Made by a program: the position numbers and the translations under genes
NCBI GenBank assembly: GCA_033763905.1
Contig: JANRJP010000093.1
Location: 1-64,000 of the forward strand
Length of the DNA stretch: 64,000 nucleotides
Source of the DNA: Gemmatimonadaceae bacterium
GTDB taxonomy: Bacteria > Gemmatimonadota > Gemmatimonadetes > Gemmatimonadales > Gemmatimonadaceae
Reading direction: 5' to 3'
Shown: piece by piece, positions 24,374 through 36,935 of the stretch
How positions within the stretch are numbered: position 1 is the first letter of the stretch
How the letters are laid out: each line of letters opens with the position of its first letter
Notes under the pieces: model-generated
What the model was told of the DNA's origin: nothing
The model's database searches: none
The model's input: only the letters and a program-made list of their open reading frames with translations

Positions 24374-24968
24374 GGCTCCTCCAATCGCATCTGGTCGCCA
24401 TCCAACCGGTACTGCTCGCCCGTCGCCGGGCAGCGGAAGCGCCGGACGCCGTCGGCCGCCATCGGCACCGGCACCAGCTTCTCGCCGTGCCGAGACATCC
24501 AGCCGGTGCGCTTGGCCGGCACACCGGTCACCAAGGCGTAGGCCGGCACATCCCGGGTCACCACCGCGCCGGCGCCAACGAACGCGTAGGCGCCAATGGT
24601 CGTCCCGCACACGACCGTCGCGTTCGCACCGATCGTCGCGCCGCGACCGACCCGCGTTGTCCGGTACTCGTTCTTGCGCGAGACGGCGCTGCGCGGATTC
24701 ATCACGTTGGTGAAGACCATCGACGGCCCGCAGAACACGTCGTCCTCGAGCTCGACGCCTTCGTAGACCGACACGTTGTTCTGGATCTTCACGTTGTTGC
24801 CAATCGTCGTGCCGTTCATCACCACCACGTTCTGGCCAAGCGAGCAGCGCTCACCGATCCGTGCCCCACCGAGGATGTGGCAGAAATGCCAGATCTTGGT
24901 GCCGGCGCCGATCACCGCGCCCTCATCGACGTAGGCCGACTCGTGCACGAAGGCAGACTCGTGGACGC

Positions 24969-24972
<4 letters not shown>
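24370..24972 (-). CDS. wbpD: Hexapeptide-repeat N-acetyltransferase (WbpD/WlbB-like)
   Basis: [50 protein letters not shown]. Confidence 0.88.
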
Positions 24973-28226
<3,254 letters not shown>

Positions 28227-28255
28227 TGGGCAGGAGCGTCAGATAGTCGGATGCG

Positions 28256-28285
28256 AAAAAAGGGGGGCCGACGGCCCCCCTTCTT
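28256..28285 (-). terminator. Intrinsic terminator of the alpha/rpmB operon
   Basis: Minus strand AAGGGGGGCC-GTC-GGCCCCCC-TTTTTT hairpin with U tract after rpmB. Confidence 0.85.
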
Positions 28286-28315
28286 TGGATCAATCAGTCG
28301 GCACGTCGATCGGAG

Positions 28316-28534
28316 TCAGGCGACCCGTGCGGCACGCGGGGCGCGCTGGATCTTGCCCGCCGCGAGGCAACGGGTGCAGACCTTCACCTTGACGATCTTG
28401 CCGTCGAGCTGGATGCGAGCGACCTGGAGGTTGGGCTTCCAGGTGCGACGCGACTTGTTGTTGGCGTGCGAGACGTTGTTCCCGAAGGTCACGCCCTTGC
28501 CGCAGGAGTAGCAGCGGCTGCGATTGATGGCCAT
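28316..28534 (-). CDS. rpmB: 50S ribosomal protein L28 (Zn-binding form)
   Basis: [30 protein letters not shown]...VCTRCL. Confidence 0.96.
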   Translation of the reverse strand: MAINRSRCYSCGKGVTFGNNVSHANNKSRRTWKPNLQVARIQLDGKIVKVKVCTRCLAAGKIQRAPRAARVA

Positions 28535-28537
28535 TGG

Positions 28538-28894
28538 TCAGTTCTCCACGAACTCGATGCGCGCCATCTCGGCCCCGTCACCCTTGCGGTGTCCGACCTT
28601 GAGGATGCGCGTGTAGCCGCCGGGACGCGAGGCAAACTTCTTGCCGAGCTCCTGGAACAGCTTGTCAGCGGCCTCACGCTTCTGGACGTGACGGCCCGCG
28701 AGGCGACGCGCGTGCAGCGTGCCGGCCTTCGCCTTGGTGACGAGCTTTTCGACGAACGGGCGGAGTTCCTTCGCCTTCGCCTCGGTCGTTTCGATCGCCC
28801 CGTGCTCGATCAGGGACGTAGCCAGATTGCGGAGCAGCGCGAGCTTCTGCTCGCTCGTGCGCCGGAGCTGGCGACCAGCCTTGCGGTGACGCAT
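28538..28894 (-). CDS. rplQ: 50S ribosomal protein L17
   Basis: MRHRKAGRQLRRTSEQKLALLRNLATSL, TTEAKAKELR, RPGGYTRILK. Confidence 0.98.
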   Translation of the reverse strand: MRHRKAGRQLRRTSEQKLALLRNLATSLIEHGAIETTEAKAKELRPFVEKLVTKAKAGTLHARRLAGRHVQKREAADKLFQELGKKFASRPGGYTRILKVGHRKGDGAEMARIEFVEN

Positions 28895-28899
28895 TGGTG

Positions 28900-29970
28900 T
28901 TACTCCTCTTCGTCGTCGGGCGCGTTCGCCGCAGCGCGGCTCGGCGGCGTGCCCCAATCGGTGATGCGTACGCCGTCGCCGTTCTCGTCCCAGCGCATGC
29001 CGAAATTCAGACCTTCCTTTTCGAGCAATTCGGCAATCTCGGACAGCGACTTCTTGCCGAAGTTCTTCACCTGCAGAATCTGCCCCTCGGTCTGGCGCAC
29101 GAGGTCGCCAAGCGAGCGGATGTTGCTGTTCTTGAGCGAATTCACCGAGCGGACGGACAGCTCGAGATCGTCGATCGGCGTCTTGAGGAGCTCCTTGAGG
29201 CGGAGGCCATCGGCGCCGGTGACTTCCCCGCCGGTCGCCGCCGGCGCGGAGCTGTGCGAGCCGAAGCTCGCGAAGTACTGGAAGTGCGTCTGTGCCAGGG
29301 CGGCCGCGTACGACACGGCCTCTTCCGGCGTGATCGTGCCGTTTGTCTCGACCGTGAGGACGAGGCGATCGTAGTCGGTCCGCTGCCCGACGCGGGTTTC
29401 CGCGACGGTGAAGTTCACCCGATTGACCGGAGAGTAGATCGCGTCGATGCGGACGAGATCCACCGGCAGGCCGCGATCGAGCGGGTGCAGATCGGCTTCG
29501 ATGTAGCCACGGCCCTTGTTGACGTAGAGCTCGACGTTGAGCTCGCGGTCATCCTGGAGCGTGAAGAGGTGGTGCTTGCCGTTGACCACGCGCACGCCAC
29601 CGGAGACTTCGATGTCGGCGGCGGTGACGGCACCGGCCGTCTTGCGGTGGATGCGGAGCACGGCGGCGTCGACATCGTCGGCCAACGCGAGCGTCAGCTT
29701 CTTGAGGTTCGCGATGATCTGGTGGACGTCTTCGACGACCCCGGACACGGTCTGGTGCTCGTGCACGACGCCGTCCATCCGGAACGCCCATACCGCCGAG
29801 CCCCGGAGCGACGAGAGAAGCATCCGGCGCATCGCGTTGCCGAGCGTGTGGCCGAAGCCCCGCTCGAGCGGCTGCACGCGGAATTCCGCGATATTGGGAT
29901 TGTCCTCACGACGAGCCGCCTCGACAAGCGTGGGGCGCACAAGGCCGCGAAGGTCAATGGTATTCGACAT
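28900..29970 (-). CDS. rpoA: RNA polymerase subunit alpha
   Basis: PLERGFGHTLGNAMRRMLLSSL, GVVEDV, RVGQRTDYDRL, IDDLELSVRSVN, KNFGKKSL. Confidence 0.98.
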   Translation of the reverse strand: MSNTIDLRGLVRPTLVEAARREDNPNIAEFRVQPLERGFGHTLGNAMRRMLLSSLRGSAVWAFRMDGVVHEHQTVSGVVEDVHQIIANLKKLTLALADDVDAAVLRIHRKTAGAVTAADIEVSGGVRVVNGKHHLFTLQDDRELNVELYVNKGRGYIEADLHPLDRGLPVDLVRIDAIYSPVNRVNFTVAETRVGQRTDYDRLVLTVETNGTITPEEAVSYAAALAQTHFQYFASFGSHSSAPAATGGEVTGADGLRLKELLKTPIDDLELSVRSVNSLKNSNIRSLGDLVRQTEGQILQVKNFGKKSLSEIAELLEKEGLNFGMRWDENGDGVRITDWGTPPSRAAANAPDDEEE

Positions 29971-29992
29971 TCCGTTCCGTCTCCGTAAGGTC

Positions 29993-30068
29993 CGATGGTG
30001 CGACAGTCGCACCATCGACGCCCGGCCCCGCCCCTGACGCGCGGCCGGCTCGTTCGGGCGTCAGGGGC
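29993..30068. other. Two GC-rich stem-loops in the rpsD-rpoA spacer
   Basis: CGATGGTGCGAC-A-GTCGCACCATCG (29993-30017) and GCCCCTGACGC...GCGTCAGGGGC (30030-30068). Confidence 0.6.
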
Positions 30069-30081
30069 CCGACCGTAGTGG

Positions 30082-30717
30082 TTACTTCGAGTAGAGTTCG
30101 ACGACCAGCTGTTCCTGCGCCGGGATCGGGATCGCCGCGCGCTGGGGCTGCTCGAGCATCCGGCCGCTGAACGTGTCGCGGTCCACCGCGATCCAGTTCG
30201 GGGCCTGACCCTTCTTGGCCTGCTCCATCGCGCCGAGGACCGGCACGAATTCACGGGCGTGCTGCCGCACCCGCACCTCGACCCCCGGGGTCACGGCGTA
30301 CGACGGGATGTCGACCGTCTTGCCGTTCACTTCGACGCCACGGTGACGGATGATCTGGCGCGCGGCCTTGCGGCTCGGCGCGAAGCCCATCCGATACACG
30401 ATGTTGTCGAGGCGGCTCTCGAGGGCCGCGAGCAGGTTGTGACCGGTGATGCCGGGCAACGTCGCGACCTTCTCGAACGTGTTGCGGAACTGACGCTCCG
30501 AGAGGCCATAGATGCGCTTGATCTTCTGCTTCTCACGCAGCTGCTTGGCATACTCGGACATCTTCTTGCGACGAGCCGCCTGCTGGCCGTGCTGGCCCGG
30601 CGGATAAGGACGCCGCTCGACCGGGCACTTCTCGGTGAAGCACTTGGTGCCCTTGAGGAACAGCTTCGTGCCTTCGCGACGGCACTGCCGGCAGGCCGGC
30701 CCCGTATAGCGCGCCAT
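30082..30717 (-). CDS. rpsD: 30S ribosomal protein S4 (Cys-containing form)
   Basis: MARYTGPACRQCRREG, QLREKQK, LESRLDNIVYRMGFA, VVELYSK. Confidence 0.98.
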   Translation of the reverse strand: MARYTGPACRQCRREGTKLFLKGTKCFTEKCPVERRPYPPGQHGQQAARRKKMSEYAKQLREKQKIKRIYGLSERQFRNTFEKVATLPGITGHNLLAALESRLDNIVYRMGFAPSRKAARQIIRHRGVEVNGKTVDIPSYAVTPGVEVRVRQHAREFVPVLGAMEQAKKGQAPNWIAVDRDTFSGRMLEQPQRAAIPIPAQEQLVVELYSK

Positions 30718-30720
30718 CGG

Positions 30721-31098
30721 TTAAACCCTCCGCTTCTTCGGAGGACGGCAGCCGTTGTGCGGAATCGGCGTGACGTCCTTGATCGACTTGACCTGGAGCC
30801 CGGCGGCGGCGAGCGCCTGAATCGCGGACTCACGCCCCGATCCCGGACCCTGCACCTTCACGTGGACTCGCTTCATACCCGCCGAGAGCGCCTCGCGGGC
30901 GGCCTGCTCGGCCGCGACCGTGGCCGCAAACGGCGTGGACTTCTTGGATCCCTTGAAGCCCGCCTTGCCGGCCGAGCCCCACGCGACGGCGTTGCCGTTC
31001 GCGTCGGTGATCGTGATGATCGTGTTGTTGAAGGTCGCGTTGACGTGCGCGAGCCCTTCGGCATCCACGACCTTCTTGGTCTTCTTGCCCGTGGCCAT
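30721..31098 (-). CDS. rpsK: 30S ribosomal protein S11
   Basis: [49 protein letters not shown]. Confidence 0.98.
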   Translation of the reverse strand: MATGKKTKKVVDAEGLAHVNATFNNTIITITDANGNAVAWGSAGKAGFKGSKKSTPFAATVAAEQAAREALSAGMKRVHVKVQGPGSGRESAIQALAAAGLQVKSIKDVTPIPHNGCRPPKKRRV

Positions 31099-31475
31099 TA
31101 CTTGGTCACCTTCTTCTTGCCGGCGATTGCGCGACGCGGACCCTTCTTGGTGCGCGCATTGGTGTGCGTCCGCTGCCCGCGAACCGGGAGACCGCGGCGA
31201 TGCCGGATCCCACGATACGAGCCGATGTCCATCAAGCGCTTGATGTTCATCGCGATCTCGGTGCGCAACGCACCTTCGACGCGATAATCACGCTCGATGA
31301 CCTGACGGAGCTTGTTGACGTCGGCATCGGTCAGGTCCTTGATGCGCAAGTCCGCGCTCACCCCGGTCTTCTCGAGGATCTCGCGGGCCGTCACGCGGCC
31401 GATTCCGTAGATGTAGGTGAGGCCGATCTCGACGCGCTTCTCGCGCGGAAGATCAACACCGGCAATACGAGCCAT
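31098..31475 (-). CDS. rpsM: 30S ribosomal protein S13
   Basis: [42 protein letters not shown]. Confidence 0.98.
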   Translation of the reverse strand: MARIAGVDLPREKRVEIGLTYIYGIGRVTAREILEKTGVSADLRIKDLTDADVNKLRQVIERDYRVEGALRTEIAMNIKRLMDIGSYRGIRHRRGLPVRGQRTHTNARTKKGPRRAIAGKKKVTK

Positions 31476-31492
31476 TCGGGTTGCTCCGGGGG

Positions 31493-31609
31493 TCAGCCCT
31501 GACGCTGCTTATGCTTCGGGTTTCGCTTGCAAATGATGCGAATCACACCGTCACGCTTGACCACCTTGCAGTGTTCACAGATCGGCTTCGCACTCGAACG
31601 GACCTTCAT
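31493..31609 (-). CDS. rpmJ: 50S ribosomal protein L36 (Zn-ribbon form)
   Basis: [45 protein letters not shown]. Confidence 0.97.
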   Translation of the reverse strand: MKVRSSAKPICEHCKVVKRDGVIRIICKRNPKHKQRQG

Positions 31610-31663
31610 CGAAATACTCCGGACAGGAGGTTTTGTCCGAGACGCAAATCCGGACAGACCCGG

Positions 31664-31692
31664 AACATAGACAGCCGAGGGGTCGGATTCAA
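31664..31692 (-). promoter_or_regulatory. Sigma70-type promoter of the alpha operon
   Basis: TTGAAT (31692-31687) - 17 nt - TATGTT (31669-31664), about 55 nt upstream of rpmJ. Confidence 0.7.
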
Positions 31693-31773
31693 GGCCCCCC
31701 GCTTGACAATTTCTGGCGACTGACGTGTACAGCGTGTGTTCGGTGTTCGTTCGGGCCTGCCGAACGCCCCGCT

Positions 31774-32505
31774 TTACTCGGCGAGATCCGCCAAAACCGC
31801 CGCCATCGCGGCCCGAGGATCCGTCGCTGCCGTCACCGCGCGACCCAAGACCACGTACCGCGCCCCTCGGGCCGCCGCGTCGCGGGGCGTGACCACCCGC
31901 GACTGATCGTGCGCGGCGCCGCCAGCCAGCCGCACGCCGGGCACCAGCGGCCACAGGGCCGGCGTCGACGAGCGCACCGCCGCGACTTCTTCGCCGCTGC
32001 AGACGATGCCGTGACACCCAGCCCGCGCCGCCACGTCGGCCAAGCGCAGCACCTCCGCCTCGACCGACGGGACCGGCTTGCCGGCCGCCGCCGCGTACTC
32101 GTCGGCACTGAAGCTGGTCAGCACGGTGACCGCCAGAATGCCGCAGCCGCTCCCGTCTTGCGACGACGCGCCCCCCGCCCCGTCCACCGCCGCCTCGAGC
32201 ATTCGCGCCCCACCGGCCGCGTGCACCGTCAGCAGGCTCGCGCCGTGCGCGGCCACGCTGCGCGCCACACCACGGACGGTGTTCGGGATGTCATACGCCT
32301 TGAGATCGACGAACACGCGCTTGCCGGCAGCGCGCAGCCAGTCGAGCACCCGCGGCCCGTCGGCCGCATAGAGCTCCAAGCCCACCTTGTAGAAGTCGCA
32401 GGACGCCCCGAGCGCGTCGACCATCACGCGCGCCTGCGCCAGATCGGGGTAGTCCAGCGCGACGACGGGCGTCGCGCGCAATGTCGGTTGTGTTACGTCG
32501 GCCAT
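31774..32505 (-). CDS. pyrF: Orotidine-5'-phosphate decarboxylase
   Basis: [53 protein letters not shown]. Confidence 0.95.
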   Translation of the reverse strand: MADVTQPTLRATPVVALDYPDLAQARVMVDALGASCDFYKVGLELYAADGPRVLDWLRAAGKRVFVDLKAYDIPNTVRGVARSVAAHGASLLTVHAAGGARMLEAAVDGAGGASSQDGSGCGILAVTVLTSFSADEYAAAAGKPVPSVEAEVLRLADVAARAGCHGIVCSGEEVAAVRSSTPALWPLVPGVRLAGGAAHDQSRVVTPRDAAARGARYVVLGRAVTAATDPRAAMAAVLADLAE

Positions 32506-33413
32506 TCCAGCGTTCCGATGATGTCGGCGATCGTCGTACGGTGCCGGTCGCACCAGCGCGCCAAGCCCCGCACGATGCGTTCGGGGGCGCGAGGATCGCG
32601 CATCCCCGCCGTCCCCACGCCCACGAGCTGCGCGCCCGCAAGCAGATACTGCAGCGCGTGCTCCGCCGTCGAGACGCCGCCCAGCCCGATGATGGGCAGC
32701 GACGGCAGCGCCTTGCGCACCAGATACGTCGCGCGCACCCCCACGGGCAGCAAGGCCGGACCCGAAAGCCCACCGGTGCCGAACCCGAGCATCGGGCGTC
32801 GATGCGCGACGTCCACGACGAGCCCGGGCATCGTGTTGGTCAACGTGACCGCGTCGGCCCCCGCGTCCACGGCCTGTCGCGCCACATCCGCGATGTTCGG
32901 CAACGCAGGCGAGAGCTTCACGACCAGCGGCTTGCGCGTCGCGGCCCGCGACGACGAGACCACGGCGCGCAGGGCCGCCGGATCGGCGCCGAACTCCATG
33001 CCGCCCGCTTTCACGTTCGGACACGACACGTTGAGCTCGTAGCCGGCCAACACCGCCGCGTCATCGAGGTGCGCGATGACGGTCGCGAACTCGTCAACAC
33101 CAAAGCCCACGATGTTCGCGAGGACGTTCGCGCGCCGGACCAGCGGCGCCAATTGCGGCAGATGCGTCGCTTTGACCTCCGCCATCCCGGGGTTCGCGAG
33201 ACCGACGGCATTGATCATCCCGCCGTCGAACATCCCGACCCGCGGCGCTTTCGCCCCGTGCCGCGGCTCGACCGACACCGCCTTGGTGACCAGTCCGCCG
33301 AGGGCGTCGAGGTCGCACACCTCGGCCAGCTCGTGGCCGTAGCCGCAGGTGCCGCTCGCCAGCACCACGGGATTCTGCCAGACGCGACCCAACGCCGAGA
33401 CCGAGAGCGTCAT
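32493..33413 (-). CDS. pyrD: Dihydroorotate dehydrogenase, family 1 catalytic subunit
   Basis: NPVVLASGT, INAVGLANPG, ELNVSCPN (catalytic Cys), KLSP, GGLSGP, IIGLGGV. Confidence 0.93.
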   Translation of the reverse strand: MTLSVSALGRVWQNPVVLASGTCGYGHELAEVCDLDALGGLVTKAVSVEPRHGAKAPRVGMFDGGMINAVGLANPGMAEVKATHLPQLAPLVRRANVLANIVGFGVDEFATVIAHLDDAAVLAGYELNVSCPNVKAGGMEFGADPAALRAVVSSSRAATRKPLVVKLSPALPNIADVARQAVDAGADAVTLTNTMPGLVVDVAHRRPMLGFGTGGLSGPALLPVGVRATYLVRKALPSLPIIGLGGVSTAEHALQYLLAGAQLVGVGTAGMRDPRAPERIVRGLARWCDRHRTTIADIIGTLEWPT

Positions 33414-34693
33414 CGGCCGCCCCCAGCCCCGGACACCCGGCGCTCGTAGCGCTCGAGGTACGTGACCGCGGCCTCGGCGATGGCATCCGCCATTCGTGAC
33501 TGCTCGCGGCGATCGGTCATCCACGACGCCTCGCGCGGGTTGGTCCCGAAGCCGATCTCGATCAGGACCGCCGGCATAAAGGCGGTCACGAGCACTCGGA
33601 ATCCGGCCTGCTTCACGCCGCGGTTCGGTCCCGGATGGACGCGTCGCAAGGCGCCCTGCACGAGCTGCGCGACGTCATTCGATTCCCGCAGGTGCTCGTT
33701 CTGGGCCATATCGTTGAGGAGGAAACTCAGGTCGTCGCCCGCCGGGGCGTCGGCGGTGGTCTCGAAGCGGACCGCTTCGTTTTCCATCTGCGCGACGCGG
33801 CGTTCGTCTTCGGTCTTGGCTTCGCTCAGAAAATACGTCTCGAAGCCGCGCGCGGCGCCCGGCGACTTCCAGCGCGGATTCGCCGCATTGACGTGGATGC
33901 TCAGGAACAGGTCGCCCTTCGCGCGGTTCGCGATGCGCCCGCGGTCGGACAACGCAATCAACGTGTCGGTGGTGCGCGTCATCACCACGCGCACCCCGCG
34001 CGCGCGCAGTGCGGACGCGACCTCGCGCGCGACGTCGAGGGTGATGTCCGCTTCGTACACGCAGGCGCTCCCGCGGCAGCCCCAGGGCCCGTGCATCCCG
34101 CGGTCCGGGCCACCGTGGCCGGCATCGACGATGACGGTGCGCTGGCTCGGGGGCCCATCGCGGGTCGGTCGCGGCGCCCCGATCGTGCGGTTCGGCGGCT
34201 CGGTCGGCGGCGTCCGGCGCGCTGGGATCGACGTCGTGACCGGCCGCTCGGCCACGGCGCGCTCCGGGACGGCCATCCGGAACACGCGCAGTTCGGTGCG
34301 CGACGGTTCGTACACCACGCCCGGCACGACCCGTGGCAGCACGTCGGTGGCGACTTGCGACGGCACCCAGAGCTGGCCCTCCCGCTCGCGCGGCGCATCA
34401 GCCAACGGCACGAGGTCGTCATCGGCTCGAAGCCACCGAAGATCGGCATCGACACTGATGGTGCGCGGGCCGAGGACCAGCGTGCGCGCCGCCCCGGGCC
34501 GGTCGCGGTACACGGCACCGAGGGCGGCCGCGAGTTGGTCGGCACGAAGGAGGCGCACGCCGTCGATCTCGCGCGTCGTGACCCGCGTGACGCGCTCGCC
34601 GGCGACGACGATGATCGACGGCACGCCGACGACGGCCGTCGGCCCTGCCACCGCGCCGGCGGCCACCTGCAGCGCCAGCGCGACGCCGATCAC
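33410..34693 (-). CDS. N-acetylmuramoyl-L-alanine amidase (Amidase_3)
   Basis: IVDAGHGG, E(ADITL), MTRTTD, LSIHVN, GFETY, VKQAGFRVL, PAVLIEIGF; N-terminal signal. Confidence 0.9.
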   Translation of the reverse strand: MIGVALALQVAAGAVAGPTAVVGVPSIIVVAGERVTRVTTREIDGVRLLRADQLAAALGAVYRDRPGAARTLVLGPRTISVDADLRWLRADDDLVPLADAPREREGQLWVPSQVATDVLPRVVPGVVYEPSRTELRVFRMAVPERAVAERPVTTSIPARRTPPTEPPNRTIGAPRPTRDGPPSQRTVIVDAGHGGPDRGMHGPWGCRGSACVYEADITLDVAREVASALRARGVRVVMTRTTDTLIALSDRGRIANRAKGDLFLSIHVNAANPRWKSPGAARGFETYFLSEAKTEDERRVAQMENEAVRFETTADAPAGDDLSFLLNDMAQNEHLRESNDVAQLVQGALRRVHPGPNRGVKQAGFRVLVTAFMPAVLIEIGFGTNPREASWMTDRREQSRMADAIAEAAVTYLERYERRVSGAGGGR

Positions 34694-35169
34694 CGACGAC
34701 TCCGCATCGCCCGCGCGATATCGCGGGCGGCTTCCTTCTCCTTGAGATCTTCGCGCTTGTCGTGCGCCTTCTTGCCGCGCCCCAGCGCCATCCGGATCTT
34801 GGCGATGCCGTTGGGCGCGAAGTACAGCTCGAGCGGAACCAGGGAGAGCCCCTTTCGCTCGAGTGCCCCGATCAGCTTGGTGATTTCGCGCTTGTGCAGC
34901 AGCAGCTTGCGCGTGCGGGTCGGCGCGTGATTGCTGTAGCCGCCCTGCGCGTACGGATTGATGTGCGCGTTGAGCAACCAGAGCTCGCCGTCCTTGATGA
35001 CGCCGAACGCATCGGTGATGTTGGCGCGCCCGTCGCGCAGCGACTTGACCTCGCTACCGGTCAGCACGAGGCCGGCCTCGACCGTGTCGAGGATCTCGTA
35101 CTCGTGCCGGGCGCGGCGGTTCTGCGCGACCGGGATCTTTTTCGGTTCGTCGGCGGGAGTCGTTGCCAC
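34690..35169 (-). CDS. smpB: SsrA-binding protein
   Basis: NRRARHEY, EAGLVLTGSEVKSLR, RTRKLLLHKREI, GKKAHDKRE. GTG start 35169. Confidence 0.97.
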   Translation of the reverse strand: MATTPADEPKKIPVAQNRRARHEYEILDTVEAGLVLTGSEVKSLRDGRANITDAFGVIKDGELWLLNAHINPYAQGGYSNHAPTRTRKLLLHKREITKLIGALERKGLSLVPLELYFAPNGIAKIRMALGRGKKAHDKREDLKEKEAARDIARAMRSRR

Positions 35170-35174
35170 GCCGA

Positions 35175-35183
35175 AAGTTACCA
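35175..35183 (-). promoter_or_regulatory. Extended -10 promoter, leaderless smpB
   Basis: TGG-TAACTT 5 nt upstream of GTG; no SD. Confidence 0.55.
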
Positions 35184-35196
35184 CGCCGACGTTGAA

Positions 35197-35225
35197 TTGA
35201 CGCAGCGGCCCCCAGCGACTAGACT
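35197..35225 (+). promoter_or_regulatory. Sigma70 promoter of tRNA-Leu
   Basis: TTGACG - 17 nt - TAGACT, 9 nt before the tRNA 5' end. Confidence 0.8.
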
Positions 35226-35234
35226 TGAAGTTCT

Positions 35235-35318
<84 letters not shown>

Positions 35319-35344
35319 CGTACGAGATGGTGCAACAGCCTGAC

Positions 35345-35378
35345 CGCGGCGGTGTGTCCTTCGGGATGCACCGCCGCG
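35345..35378. terminator. Hairpin between tRNA-Leu and the convergent gene (probable terminator)
   Basis: 15-bp stem (2 G-U pairs) closed by a C(UUCG)G tetraloop. Confidence 0.65.
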
Positions 35379-35394
35379 CGGCGTTTCGGGACCG

Positions 35395-35949
35395 TCAGCC
35401 CAGAGCCTGCGATGGGGCGACGTCTTCTGGGAGTTGGGCGGTGCCGTAGGCCGCGCGGAGGAGATCGGCCGCCTGTGTGCCGTAGCCGCTGAGGATGCTG
35501 CCCGCGCGACTGATCGCCGCCTGGTGATCCCCGGTAATCGCGCCCGCAAACGTGAGCAGTTCGCGCGCCATTCGCGCCGCGACGGGCTCTTTGCCATCCC
35601 GCTTCGCCATGGCGGCCCGGTACGCAGCGAGTCGCGTCTGAAACTGGGCGAGCGCCATCTCGAGCCGATCGGCCGCGATGTGCGGATCGCGGGAGAAGCT
35701 GGCGATGAGGGCCGCCGAGACCTCCTGCGCGGTCCGATCGTTGAGGGCGTCGCGCTCGGCGATCAGCAGCCCGACCGCACGGCGCGCGTAGCGCAGCTCC
35801 CACGCGGCGTGGTCTTCGTCGCGGCGAAGCATCAAGGAGGCCAGCCACTCGATGTCCGCCGGCTCCGGCGCCACGTGCAGCCCGCTGATCACCTGCTCCG
35901 CCGCGCGTCGCGCAGGAGCAGACCACGCCTTGAAGAGTCCGGACAGCAC
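35395..35949 (-). CDS. Hypothetical alpha-helical protein
   Basis: Open frame starting (V)LSGLFKAWS 8 nt after the Rrf2 stop; protein-like composition (WELRYARRAVGLLIAERDALNDRT); no family recognised. Confidence 0.7.
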   Translation of the reverse strand: MLSGLFKAWSAPARRAAEQVISGLHVAPEPADIEWLASLMLRRDEDHAAWELRYARRAVGLLIAERDALNDRTAQEVSAALIASFSRDPHIAADRLEMALAQFQTRLAAYRAAMAKRDGKEPVAARMARELLTFAGAITGDHQAAISRAGSILSGYGTQAADLLRAAYGTAQLPEDVAPSQALG

Positions 35950-35957
35950 GCGAACGG

Positions 35958-36428
35958 TCAGCGCTGCAGCACCGGCAACGCCCGGTCTTCCACCCCGAGG
36001 TGCACGCGCACGTCCCGCTCGTTGTGCAGCAGTTCCGCCAGCGAGACGCCTTCGAGCACATCGTCGATCTTCTTCTGCAGCATCATCCACACCGGCCGGA
36101 TGGAGCAGTGGGCGTTGTCGCCGCAACGTTCCTCCGACACCGGATGGGCCACGCAATGGAGCTCGAAGGTCTGCAGTTCGGAGGCGGCGATCACATCACG
36201 CACCGTGAGCGCTTCGGGCGGCTTCGCCAAGGCGTATCCGCCGCGCGCCCCGCGGGTGCTGTTCACGATGCCCGCGCGGCGGAGCCGCAGCAGGATCTGC
36301 TCGACGTAGTCGGCGGGCAGACGTTCCTGCGCCGCGATGTCGCGGCCAGTCACCGGCCCTTCACCTGCGCGCCGCGCCAGATGCAGTGCGCAGATCAGTC
36401 CGTATTCAGCCCAAGTCGTGATGCGCAT
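35958..36428 (-). CDS. Rrf2-family transcriptional regulator (IscR-like, three Cys)
   Basis: MRITTWAEYG, YVEQILLRLRRAGIVNSTRGARGGY winged helix; C-x9-C-x5-C then W. Confidence 0.92.
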   Translation of the reverse strand: MRITTWAEYGLICALHLARRAGEGPVTGRDIAAQERLPADYVEQILLRLRRAGIVNSTRGARGGYALAKPPEALTVRDVIAASELQTFELHCVAHPVSEERCGDNAHCSIRPVWMMLQKKIDDVLEGVSLAELLHNERDVRVHLGVEDRALPVLQR

Positions 36429-36433
36429 ACGTG

Positions 36434-36462
36434 ACTGTAGAGGAATCCGGGAAAGTGTTCAA
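36434..36462 (-). promoter_or_regulatory. Sigma70 promoter, leaderless Rrf2 gene
   Basis: TTGAAC - 17 nt - TACAGT - 5 nt - ATG. Confidence 0.7.
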
Positions 36463-36935
36463 GTGGGGATTTCCTTACCTCCCGTCGGTGCCGAACGCAG
36501 CCCGACAACCGGCGCCAAGGCCGCGCCAAGCATCGCCGCCCCCAGCACCGCCACGCTTACTCCGTGCAAGCGACCGAAGGTGGCCCGCCGCGGATCCTCC
36601 GGAGGCACCGATTCGAGATTCGCCGGGAGCTGTTCGCGCAGCGCGCGGATGCGCGGCGCAATGCCGAATTGCGCGACGCCACAGCCGAGCAGACAGCAGG
36701 CGAGCCCGAGCTGCCACCAGCGACGCAGGCGCATCGGGCGGCGGGCCGTGAGCCCCAGGGCCATCAGCGCCACGACGATGCCGCTGAGGAAGATGACGGG
36801 CAGCACCTGGCCGACCACCGCCCCGGCCAGCATCCGCGCTGGCAGCACGCGAAACGCGGCGGGCGCGACGACCGCGGTGAACAACACGCTCGCGCCAAGC
36901 CACGCCGCGAGCAGCAGATTCGCGGCGGCGATCAC
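36459..36935 (-). CDS. DUF4149/TMEM205-like membrane protein
   Basis: WLGASVLFTAVVAPAAFRVL, AGAVVG, FGRLHGVS; four TM segments; GTG overlaps MBL stop. Confidence 0.78.
   Translation of the reverse strand: MIAAANLLLAAWLGASVLFTAVVAPAAFRVLPARMLAGAVVGQVLPVIFLSGIVVALMALGLTARRPMRLRRWWQLGLACCLLGCGVAQFGIAPRIRALREQLPANLESVPPEDPRRATFGRLHGVSVAVLGAAMLGAALAPVVGLRSAPTGGKEIPT

Noticed and set aside
31703..31733. Perfect TTGACA on the plus strand (possible antisense promoter into pyrF)
   Set aside because: No convincing TAnnnT at 16-18 nt spacing; the minus-strand rpmJ promoter explains the region better.
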